From positions 7,626,001-7,690,000 of the forward strand of contig NC_134025.1 in the NCBI RefSeq assembly GCF_964204645.1: 64,000 bases of DNA. Reading direction: 5' to 3'. Each line of letters starts with the position of its first letter. The stretch's first letter is position 1. Under the pieces are notes generated by a model. The model saw only the letters and a list, made by a program, of their open reading frames with translations. It had not been told where the DNA came from and ran no database searches. This DNA is from Tubulanus polymorphus (lineage: Eukaryota; Animalia; Nemertea). Below, one piece after another: positions 12,594 through 24,400 of this stretch. The position numbers and the translations under genes are program-made.

Positions 12594-14730
12594 GTTTATT
12601 CATATTCAAAATTATAACAACAAAAACATAATTTTAAGCCAGTGCTTTCAACGAAACATTTGATTCGAATAACTAACAAACTAGTGTATCAAATCTCCAT
12701 GCACTATTCAGTTATATGTTAATTTGATATTTCATGTATAAATTACAAAAAAACTAGCTCATTGTGGGTATTCTTTCGAATATACATACAACGTGCATAG
12801 ATATTTTCTATCTCCTACCCCTATAAGCGTAGCTAGGGCAATCTTTGAAAATTGTGAAATTTAAGTTATTCACTTATCCCTAACAAATCGCACAGCTTTT
12901 CCTCGAATTTCTAGATGATTATTCCTAGTGGCGATGCTCTTGAAACGATAGTTCTTTTGGCAGTCTATACACCATGTTTCATTTGCTTATTGCCAAGTTC
13001 CAGATCCAGAACGTATTTTTTTACAACAAACATAGAGAGAACTTAATTGACAGGAATCGTATCTAGGAATTGCGACGATCTGTATGCAATCTTCTTTGCT
13101 CGTCAGCAACGTACGTAGCCTTGTTACAAAGAATGGCATAAAAACAATTGAAACCAAACTTAATTAATACAAAATACCTTTATTTATGTCATTCATAAAT
13201 GCACTACAAATGATTCGTCTAGAAAATATAAGTAGTGTAATTCAAAAAATAACTAAATTGCTATGCATACTGGAAAGACGATCGTACTTGTGAAACGTAG
13301 CATGTATAGTGTGAGCATATTACAAATATTTAGCAACACTTAATTTCACATATATTCTTTATTGTAAATGCATGTATCAATCTGATAATATCAGTTTTTC
13401 ATTGATGCGAAGTTTAGATGGCAGACGGAAAGGCAGACTTTATTTTACTTTGATTATTTATCGGCAAACACGTTGTTTTGTCTCAATTTTCAGGAAAATC
13501 AGTCGAATTAAAACTGTGAATTACTGTGAGCACCTGTGTGTCTACCATCTTGCTCAATTGATATTTATCACTATTATCATTAAACAAACTTATCAATTAT
13601 CAATATTATAAAATCTGGCGGTTTGACGATACACTCAAACAAGGTAGTAATAGCGTGCAGTAATCGACGAGTAATAGCGATTGATTGCACGAATAGTTTG
13701 TATTTAATTAAATATTAGGCCATCTGACACCAGCTAGCCCAAGGGTAGATATATAGTCGCAGTGACTCAGAAAGTTATTCAGATTTTAAAACTCTCGATA
13801 CATATACACATTAATTTTATATATATTACTCTTTCTATTCGCTGATATTTACAGGTAAGTATTTTAATCTATTTCATTTAGCCAAATTTAGTGTAAACAT
13901 TTGACTAGGCCCAAGTTTTCATACTACGCATATCAAATATTTTGATTTCATGCATCTAAGCCTAAATGAATTAGACTTTTTATTGAGTTATATGATATGT
14001 AGACTAGTTAACTTCAGATCTATTCGAAAACAGAGCTAGATATGTAGTTATAAGTATGAACTGATTTAACATGTTATTGAGCATTTTGACATTTGATAAA
14101 AATAGGATAAAAGATATGGCCAGTACATCTATGTATGTGTCTGAATTATGCTCTATTATCATATAAAATATATCAGTAAACATACAAATGCATATTACAT
14201 CTAAAGGACCAAATTAATATAATAACCATATGTATAATCTCTTTTAAAATGAACATGTCAATTTTACAAGATTCTAATTTTACATCCCTCTGCGTTGACA
14301 TTAAAAAATATATACACAGGAATATTATATACATGTACCTCTTTCTATCCACTGATACTTAGTTCTCTCGAAGCTTATAAAAGACAAAACACAACGGACG
14401 TTTGTTTTGTTGATAAAATTTTCCTAACCCAATACCTACTCTACGTACATTATTTGAATGTTTTCGTTTTCACCAAACAATAAAAAAGAATATGAAAAAC
14501 ATCAGTGATATGTGATTGTCAGAACAGTTCAACATACTTAATATACCAATACAAAATTACTTTGTTTCAGTATCAATGAATTATAATATACAACGTACAT
14601 TGCCACGTATATGAAAAATATTTTGCTCTATGTAAAACACAAAGTCAATTACGAAAAGCATGGATGGAACATACACTTCAATCATGTAACAGTGGAACCT
14701 CGTAATAACGACTATAGATATGGCAATTGA

Positions 14731-17700
14731 TCAGCTTTCAGTGTCTTCATCACTTTCACTTCCCAAAAGAGCATCGGCCAAGCATTCTTCTGCTAGTTCA
14801 TGTGATGTTTGATGGACCTCCATATAGATCTTTATCAGTGTTTCTGGCAACAAAACTCGAAACACATAATCCATGTACTGAAAATATAATTCAAAAGTTT
14901 GGTGAGGTCCGGCTAACAAAGTGTTAAGAGACAACATGCACATTTGCTGAAATGCTTAGCAATCAGACAATTTCAATATTCAATGCCCCCTGTGAACAAA
15001 TTAAGGAATCAATGACATTAAAAATGCAATATATGCAGGTACATCTACATCCTCCCACAGCAGGGATTCGAACCCGATGGCATCGCTTCACTCAGCCACA
15101 CGGCACAAACCCCTGCCACACTTGACCGGGTGTGCAGCTTTGCCACGCGAAAACTTACGGCACCAATCAGATTGCTTGTTGTAGAATCGCGGAGGTAAAT
15201 TTCACGGAACAACTAAGAATGGGAAAACCCGGGATATCTGATTTGCTAATAATGTCATCATCTAAGCTGCCTGGTAGCTGCGCACTCGGTCTAGTGTGGC
15301 AGGGTTTTGTGCCAATGCCATCGGGTACGAACCCTGCCGGGGGAGGATGGAACATCTACTATTAAACAACCCCTGGTGAACATAGCGAGACAAGCATTGA
15401 AGCATATTTAAAACAACCCAAAATATTTTGTCTACACAGAAATGGCTCACTTAAGTGGGTTACATGCGCAATACTTGATATACTAGGGTAAATTACTTAA
15501 AGCTTTACCGGTATATACAAACCTTCGTATCAGTTGGGCAAAACATGTCCATTAATCCCTTTATTATTACATCACATTGCGCATCACTGTACAAAGTGAT
15601 TGGTACTTGCAAGGTCAAGTTACCTGAAATACAGTAAGCAAGGCACATAAACACTTGGTTACCAGGGTATTAGTTACTGGTTATTGTACTTAATTTTCAA
15701 CTTACGCCTGCTCTTTCCGCCATTCTTGTAGTCTTCATGGCGTCGACATTTAGTCTAAAAGTATATATATATAAAATGAGCATTACTGTTGACTACAAGT
15801 AATGAATACTGTGATACATATCAGTCATGGAAGACTAATATAATACCTTAGAGAGATAGTTTTGTACGACACCTGAACACAAAATTAATCGCTAATGACT
15901 GGTATATATGATTATTTTAAGAACACTACCTTTCCCTGGAAAATATTCCTCAAATAGCACTCATTCTGCATAACCAAATAAGTTAATTGCTTATCTTCTA
16001 GCTGCGAAACATCTCTGTAAGTAAAAATGATTCCTTCTTTAGCATTGACTGCTCTTAGACCATTCGGATTAAATACAATAAAGCTTGAGGCAGTTTGATA
16101 CCAGTGTCTAATATCAAAATAATTTTGCTTTACCACTAATGTCAACCCCTGGTATACTGCGCCCACATCAGTGCAGAACGATTTTGGCGGTATAGAGAGT
16201 ATGACACTATAGAGAGTATGGCGGTATATCGGAGGTGTTTTGAGATGTACATGGAGAAAACCTGGCAGTAGGCGGGGAGGGCGGGATATCGGGGTGGACT
16301 GTACATTCATCATGACTACTCACTTCACTGTCTTAATAAGAGTCATCATTCCTTCCACGCCCTGCTTGTGAGCGTTGCTGTCACCCTGATCAGAGCTGAA
16401 ATATTCAGGAATGAGATATTGGTATGAATTAACGTGTGGAAATTGCAAACCATTACAGTTATAGTTTATAGTATGGCTTACCTGTGACTAGCTTTAATCT
16501 TATCAGATATTTGTTGCGCACATTGATCAATATGATGAGTGTCTGCATTCAACTGGAATGTTAAAGAAAAACGATACAATTAATGTGATCACACAGGGGT
16601 TTTATGGATATTACATGATTATTTCACTACATACATAGCATAAAAGCATAGTGTAGCAGAATTAGAAAAATACACTAAGACTAGGGGTGCAGGCCCACTT
16701 TGCCCACTTGGGAGCTGGTTTGAAGTGCTTAACTATCAACTGTCTACCGCAGCATCTGTAAAACTTCCTTAAATAACTGGATTCTGTCTACGGACCGACA
16801 AACTGAACCTTCATAGCCCGCTGGGACTAGTTGGCTAAAAAGCAATGACACAATACCTAGACCGTAAACTGATCACGGGATAATCAAAGAATATGATATA
16901 TGATTTGTTAAGATATCAATAGTGTACTGGTCCATGTGTCTTCCAGACACACAGACACATACGCTAAAGCACCTGCAGAGATTAAAGTAAATACATGTGT
17001 TTCACATTGATAGCGTGTTATAAAAGGCAGAATATGTGCACATACACCAAGATGTAAATATATATATATACCCTTTGACAAATAATACCAACTGTTATTT
17101 TCGAATTTATTTAGACCACTCACATTAAATTAAAAGGTGTGAAAATCAAAACAGAAACCATGTGCATGCGTCACTTGTATACACATGATTTGGTGTGAGC
17201 CAAAAAATACTTACGAATTAGCATCTTAAACTGAAAAATTATGGCAAAGTTTAGCCTCCTATTATGTATATTCATTAACACAACAATTCAAGTCCTTAAA
17301 TAGACCTGGTACTCTAAATGAAGATTTCAAATGAAAAGATCCGATAGGATTGATTTGACAGAATTCACAAAAAAATGCTCTACCTCACCAACAACGCGAT
17401 CCATGATGTGCCTGGTTTCAGTAGAAATGGTTTCATCACCCCTAAAATGGAAAACCATTCTCAATTAAATACACTTTCATAGTTGTATATACCATTAAAT
17501 CCATCATATAAGCCATCATAAAATCTAACTATATTACCAGTATATTGAGAACGTGTTATAAAAGACAGAATATGTGCAGATACACCATATATATATATAT
17601 ATAATTCTCACCACTCACTTGAGATAAATTTCAGATAAATTTCATCTATCTACAAATCAATCAATCGGATGATTACTTACAGGATATTGTGAAGAGCACA

Positions 17701-20280
17701 CTTTTTTCCTGCACTCTTGCAGCAGTCTCTGTGCATATAGTTTTCACACTTCGGTGCCCTTGTCTTCTTGCACTTGGAAACACACATACAATATCTATTT
17801 AGAGGAGCTGTCATAGAATAAAACAACATCATTCATCAGTAATTACAGTAAAACCTCTTTTATGCAAGTGTGAATAATTCTAATGAATCAGTGCACTTTT
17901 GGAAACAGTTAATTCCGTTAGTACTTACATTTAGTTCCTAAAAGCTTCTTTTGCTTCATCCTTGTCAGGGATGTCAGCATACTAATATCCACCCACAACA
18001 GAGAATCTTTGACCAGGACTTGGTACTTTCTTCCCATTTTACCGACCTTTAGGATGACTCCTTTATGGCACTTTGGCCCAGTCTTACTATAAAGTTTTGT
18101 CTTTTTCATTGCTGTTGCCTGATAATGATAAACTGATTTAGAACTCATTGCACGTACTAGGGGAAGCAGATTTTTTGGAAGTTTGTAAAATATAGGGAGG
18201 GGGTTGAAAATTGGTAAATTCTTTAATAATTGTACATAAAATGTAACTAGAGCTACACTATGAAGGCTCTATAAATATAGCTGTGGCGGCTATCTTGGAT
18301 AATCTACACGAGTAAAAACAATACAGCACATCTTCCATCCATTATTCACCTACCATGTAATCAGAAAATTGGTTCAAAACAGAAGTAGACTTTAGAGCAG
18401 GAGCATTCTCTTCCTGACAGATGGCAATACCCCTAAGCCAGTAATGTTTATTGAATACACAATGTGTATAAATGGAAGATAAAAGCATTTCAAGCTTTAT
18501 TTCCACACTGGATGAAAGAATGCAGATTTAACAAGTACTTACATTCACCAAAACACGGTGTCCAGGTTCATACTGGGAACAAGGGTATCTATTCTTATGT
18601 CCCTTGACCATTGCAGCATTATATACAGTTGAAAGTGCTTCAGCTGCTTTTCGCTTTGAAGCGGATTCATTCTCCCAGGCAGTGAGCTTGAAATTTTAAA
18701 GTACAAAAGTTTCATGTGTTATATAACACATCATCAACATGTATTATTACTAGTCACATCTGAAGTAGAGTAAAGCCTCTGTATAGTGAACGCCATCGGG
18801 ACCAAGCAAAGTGTTCACTATGGGGAGGGTTAGGTAATGATGTGACATGGGACGACACCAGGTATGTTCCTATGAATCCACAACTACACAGCCAAACACT
18901 AAATTGATCTAAATCATGACTGCAATACACTTTCATTCAAGTAGGATAACTTATCGCATCAATTATCCAAGTAGTTTAGAGAGATAGTTTGGTACAACAC
19001 CTGAGCAGAATGTGTGATCGAAGTGACTAAATAGCCAGGTTGGCACATACCATAACGGACCATCTCTACTAGAAAAAGTGCTCACTGTCCACTATAGGTA
19101 GGTCATGATCTTGATGTAATACTGCCTCTATGACTGTGTTAACGCATAAGTACTGATGCATGTATTTTAGGTTTTGGGACCACACATAGGGTGTTCATTA
19201 TAGGAGGTGTTCACTATAGGGAGGTATTCATGCAAGGGGTTTTACTGTATTCACATTTGAAGAAGCCACATCTGAAGTATTTTCTTCATCTACGGAGTCT
19301 GCTTTCGTCATCTGACCATTTTGAAGGCCTTCACCTTGATTGTGCTTCCTGGCAAAAAATACTTCGAAAGGAGTCATCTTATCGGCTGAAAAAGAAAATT
19401 AGTATTTTATTTTCATAGCAGATGAATTGATAGGAAAAGCCTGGTTAAACCAGACATACGTAACGAATACCCTTCGGCCAGTGAGTGAGTCATGTTCAGA
19501 TCACAAAATTGTAATAGGGTACATATTCCTGACAAGTTTCATACACATACAAAAATCATTAAAAAGTGTAGATTATAGAGCAAGAACGAGTTCCATAATG
19601 CCTATTTCACATCACCCTGCCCAGATGGAGACAGGTGATGACAATACCGCATGAAGCTTATTGCCAAGGGGTATATCTATCTTTGGACCCCTAAAATTTG
19701 AAAAGGTACAATACACCCGGTTCCAGCGCGGTAGATATTAAGGTGTAGTATCTTCTATACTGCAAATTTGCAGTTTAGAAATAACAGAGGAGTAGGGCTA
19801 TTATTATGATACCTAGGATAACAATAAGGTTTCTAACAAAGGTAGGCAGAATACCCTAATTACATACAAAATGCTTTATGTAATCGTTGATTCATAATTC
19901 TCTGGAGCTCAGGAATGTGCGCAACCCAATTTGTCTCATCATCTCTCCCGAGTAGGTACCGAAGCATCTTCTTCCAGCTCCCATGTGATCTTTCGGACTG
20001 TAAAGAACGGTAAAAACATTGTTAAATTTGTAATACAAAAACTACTTCCCAATTTTTTCAATCAAAATATAATCATTACTTTTCCTTGTGATTGGGGATG
20101 CCTAGGCGAACCAAATATATGCTTTATTTTTGCAGTCTTCAAAAATGAATCAAACTCTCCTTTGAATTCCGTTCCATTATCGGTCTGTACGTATTGCGGG
20201 TTGCCGAACTCACAGAATATATTTTTTGTCACTTCGGCCACCGTTTTCGATGTTTTGTTCTGAATTGGGCGTAACCAAAG
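14731..20280 (-). CDS. 5'-truncated 13-exon Ginger/KRBA2-like DDE integrase gene with an SHI-like zinc finger and a PWWP3A/MUM1-C-terminal-like domain (~501 aa recoverable)
   Basis: Exons 20280-20080, 19997-19868, 19385-19255, 18686-18543, 18118-17929, 17807-17681, 17441-17384, 16552-16482, 16395-16324, 16014-15930, 15754-15706, 15623-15523 and 14877-14731. All introns are GT-AG and phase-compatible, with no internal stop. Integrase motifs LWLRP, FGNPQYVQTDNGTEFKGEF, SPRHPQSQGK|SERSH and TPFEVFFAR. The middle exons (17441-16324) are supported by splice phase only. Confidence 0.8.
15048..15349. mobile_element. Longer MITE with tRNA-like inverted arms, inside the last intron of the integrase gene
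   Basis: CATCCTCCC...GGGATTCGAACCCGATGGCAT at the left and its inverse at the right, with arms of about 80-90 bp. 9-bp TSD gtacatcta (15039-15047) / gaacatcta (15350-15358). Confidence 0.8.
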
Positions 20281-23200
20281 GTGTACCCCTTAACGATTAA
20301 CCAAACCCTCATCACATTTGCCCGATGAGCCTTGGCCCCGGGACCCCCCCTAACAGGTAAATGGACTCCTGGTGGCTTTACCTGTGGTCCGATTGGTGCT
20401 AAATTTAACAAGCACCTGCAGGGTGTACCCCTTAACGATTAACCAAACCCTCATCACATTTGCCCGATGAGTCTTGGCCCCGGGCCCAGGGACCCCCCTA
20501 ACAGGTAAATGGACTCCTAGTGGCTTTACCTGTGGTCCGATTAGTGCTAAATTTAACAAGCACCTGCAGGGTGTACCCCTTAACGATTAACCAAACCCTC
20601 ATCACATTTGCCCGATGAGTCTTGGCCCCGGGCCCAGGGACCCCCCTAACAGGTAAATGGACTCCTAGTGGCTTTACCTGTGGTCCGATTAGTGCTAAAT
20701 TTAACAAGCACCTGCAGGGTGTACCCCTTAACGATTAACCAAACCCTCATCACATTTGCCCGATGAGTCTTGGCCCCGGGCCCAGGGACCCCCCTAACAG
20801 GTAAATGGACTCCTGGTGGCTTTACCTGTGGTTCGATTAGTGCTAAATTTAACAAGCACCTGCAGGGTGTACCCCTTAACGATTAACCAAACCCTCATCA
20901 CATTTGCCCGATGAGTCTTGGCCCCGAGCCCAGGGACCCCCCTAAATGGACTCCTAGTGGCTTTACCTGTGGTCCGATTAGTGCTAAATTTAACAAGCAC
21001 CTACACGGTGTACCCCTTAACGATTAACCAAACCCTCATCACATTTGCCCGATGAGTCTTGGCCCCGAGCCCAGGGACCCCCCTAACAGGTAAATGGACT
21101 CCTAGTGGCTTTACCTGTGGTCCGATTAGTGCTAAATTTAACAAGCACCTACACGGTGTACCCCTTAACGATTAACCAAACCCTCATCACATTTGCCCGA
21201 TGAGTCTTGGCCCCGAGCCCAGGGACCCCCCTAACAGGTAAATGGACTCCTAGTGGCTTTACCTGTGGTCCGATTAGTGCTAAATTCAACAGGCACCTGC
21301 ACGGTGTACCCCTTAACGATTAACCAAACCCTCATCACATTTGCCCGATGAGTCTTGGCCCCGAGCCCAGGGACCCCCCTAACAGGTAAATGGACTCCTA
21401 GTGGCTTTACCTGTGGTCCGATTAGTGCTAAATTTAACAAGCACCTACACGGTGTACCCCTTAACGATTAACCAAACCCTCATCACATTTGCCCGATGAG
21501 TCTTGGCCCCGAGCCCAGGGAACCCCCTAACAGGTAAATGGACTCCTAGTGGCTTTACCTGTGGTCCGATTGGTGCTAAATTTAACAGGCACCTGCAGGG
21601 TGTACCCCTTAACGATTAACCAAACCCTCATCACATTTGCCCGATGAGTCTTGGCCCCGAGCCCAGGGAACCCCCTAACAGGTAAATGGACTCCTAGTGG
21701 CTTTACCTGTGGTCCGATTGGTGCTAAATTTAACAGGCACCTGCACGGTGCACCCCTTAACGATTAACCAAACCCTCATCACATTTGCCCGATGAGTCTT
21801 GGCCCCGGGCCCAGGGACCCCCCTAACAGGTAAATGGACTCCTAGTGGCTTTACCTGTGGTCCGATTAGTGCTAAATTTAACAAGCACCTGCAGGGTGTA
21901 CCCCTTAACGATTAACCAAACCCTCATCACATTTGCCCGATGAGTCTTGGCCCCGGGCCCAGGGACCCCCCTAACAGGTAAATGGACTCCTAGTGGCTTT
22001 ACCTGTGGTCCGATTAGTGCTAAATTTAACAAGCACCTGCAGGGTGTACCCCTTAACGATTAACCAAACCCTCATCACATTTGCCCGATGAGTCTTGGCC
22101 CCGGGCCCAGGGACCCCCCTAACAGGTAAATGGACTCCTGGTGGCTTTACCTGTGGTTCGATTAGTGCTAAATTTAACAAGCACCTGCAGGGTGTACCCC
22201 TTAACGATTAACCAAACCCTCATCACATTTGCCCGATGAGTCTTGGCCCCGAGCCCAGGGACCCCCCTAAATGGACTCCTAGTGGCTTTACCTGTGGTCC
22301 GATTAGTGCTAAATTTAACAAGCACCTACACGGTGTACCCCTTAACGATTAACCAAACCCTCATCACATTTGCCCGATGAGTCTTGGCCCCGAGCCCAGG
22401 GACCCCCCTAACAGGTAAATGGACTCCTAGTGGCTTTACCTGTGGTCCGATTAGTGCTAAATTTAACAAGCACCTACACGGTGTACCCCTTAACGATTAA
22501 CCAAACCCTCATCACATTTGCCCGATGAGTCTTGGCCCCGAGCCCAGGGACCCCCCTAACAGGTAAATGGACTCCTAGTGGCTTTACCTGTGGTCCGATT
22601 AGTGCTAAATTCAACAGGCACCTGCACGGTGTACCCCTTAACGATTAACCAAACCCTCATCACATTTGCCCGATGAGTCTTGGCCCCGAGCCCAGGGACC
22701 CCCCTAACAGGTAAATGGACTCCTAGTGGCTTTACCTGTGGTCCGATTAGTGCTAAATTTAACAAGCACCTACACGGTGTACCCCTTAACGATTAACCAA
22801 ACCCTCATCACATTTGCCCGATGAGTCTTGGCCCCGAGCCCAGGGAACCCCCTAACAGGTAAATGGACTCCTAGTGGCTTTACCTGTGGTCCGATTGGTG
22901 CTAAATTTAACAGGCACCTGCAGGGTGTACCCCTTAACGATTAACCAAACCCTCATCACATTTGCCCGATGAGTCTTGGCCCCGAGCCCAGGGAACCCCC
23001 TAACAGGTAAATGGACTCCTAGTGGCTTTACCTGTGGTCCGATTGGTGCTAAATTTAACAGGCACCTGCACGGTGCACCCCTTAACGATTAACCAAACCC
23101 TCATCACATTTGCCCGATGAGTCTTGGCCCCGGGCCCAGGGACCCCCCTAACAGGTAAATGGACTCCTAGTGGCTTTACCTGTGGTCCGATTGGTGCTAA

Positions 23201-24400
23201 ATTTAACAGGCACCTGCAGGGTGTACCCCTTAACGATTAACCAAACCCTCATCACATTTGCCCGATGAGTCTTGGCCCCGAGCCCAGGGAACCCCCTAAC
23301 AGGTAAATGGACTCCTAGTGGCTTTACCTGTGGTCCGATTGGTGCTAAATTTAACAGGCACCTACACGGTGTACCCCTTAACGATTAACCAAACCCTCAT
23401 CACATTTGCCCGATGAGTCTTGGCCCCGAGCCCAGGGAACCCCCTAACAGGTAAATGGACTCCTAGTGGCTTTACCTGTGGTCCGATTGGTGCTAAATTT
23501 AACAGGCACCTGCACGGTGCACCCCTTAACGATTAACCAAACCCTCATCACATTTGCCCGATGAGTCTTGGCCCCGGGCCCAGGGACCCCCCTAACAGGT
23601 AAATGGACTCCTGGTGGCTTTACCTGTGGTCCGATTAGTGCTAAATTTAACAAGCACCTGCAGGGTGTACCCCTTAACGATTAACCAAACCCTCATCACA
23701 TTTGCCCGATGAGTCTTGGCCCCAGGCCCAGGGACCCCCCTAACAGGTAAATGGACTCCTGGTGGCTTTACCTGTGGTCCGATTAGTGCTAAATTTAACA
23801 AGCACCTGCAGGGTGTACCCCTTAACGATTAACCAAACCCTCATCACATTTGCCCGATGAGTCTTGGCCCCGGGCCCAGGGACCCCCCTAACAGGTAAAT
23901 GGACTCCTGGTGGCTTTACCTGTGGTCTGATTAGTGCTAAATTTAACAAGCACCTGCAGGGTGTACCCCTTAACGATTAACCAAACCCTCATCACATTTG
24001 CCCGATGAGTCTTGGCCCCGGGACCCCCCCCTAACAGGTAAATGGACTCCTGGTGGCTTTACCTGTGGTCCGATTAGTGCTAAATTTAACAAGCACCTGC
24101 AGGGTGTACCCCTTAACGATTAACCAAACCCTCATCACATTTGCCCGATGAGTCTTGGCCCTGGGCCCAGGGACCGCCCTAACAGGTAAATGGACTCCTG
24201 GTGGCTTTACCTGTGGTCCGATTGGTGCTACATTCAACAGGCACCTGCACGGTGCACCCCTTAACGATTAACCAAACCCTCATCACATTTGCCCGATGAG
24301 TCTTGGCCCCGGCCCCCCTAACAGGTAAATGGACTCCTGGTGGCTTTACAATACAACCCTGGGGACTATTCTTGGCCCCGAGTCCAGGGACCCCCTCTAA
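20281..24400. repeat. Tandem satellite-like array, 148-bp unit, ~28 copies, with a duplicated 9-unit (1325-bp) block
   Basis: TAACAGGTAAATGGACTCC recurs every 148 bp from ~20350 to ~24319. Diagnostic variants recur 1325 bp apart: GGTTCGATT at 20830 and 22155, and the 7-bp deletion at ~20942 and ~22267. Confidence 0.97.

Noticed and set aside
15847-15872. AG/GT-bounded 26-nt candidate exon of the integrase gene (a similar 16-nt candidate lies at ~17213)
   Set aside because: Including either breaks the frame downstream, and the flanking exons join in phase without them.
19931-20263. 110-aa plus-strand ORF
   Set aside because: It is the antisense shadow of the integrase exons.
20455-20510. Hammerhead ribozyme in the satellite monomer (ccGATGAg followed by a stem)
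   Set aside because: The core would need CUGANGA and GAAA. The sequence has CCGAUGA and no GAAA after the stem, on either strand.
20281-24400. CRISPR array or repeated 69-aa protein genes
   Set aside because: Units are near-identical with no unique spacers, there are no cas genes and the context is eukaryotic. The repeated ORFs are artefacts of a 148-bp unit, which is not a multiple of 3.
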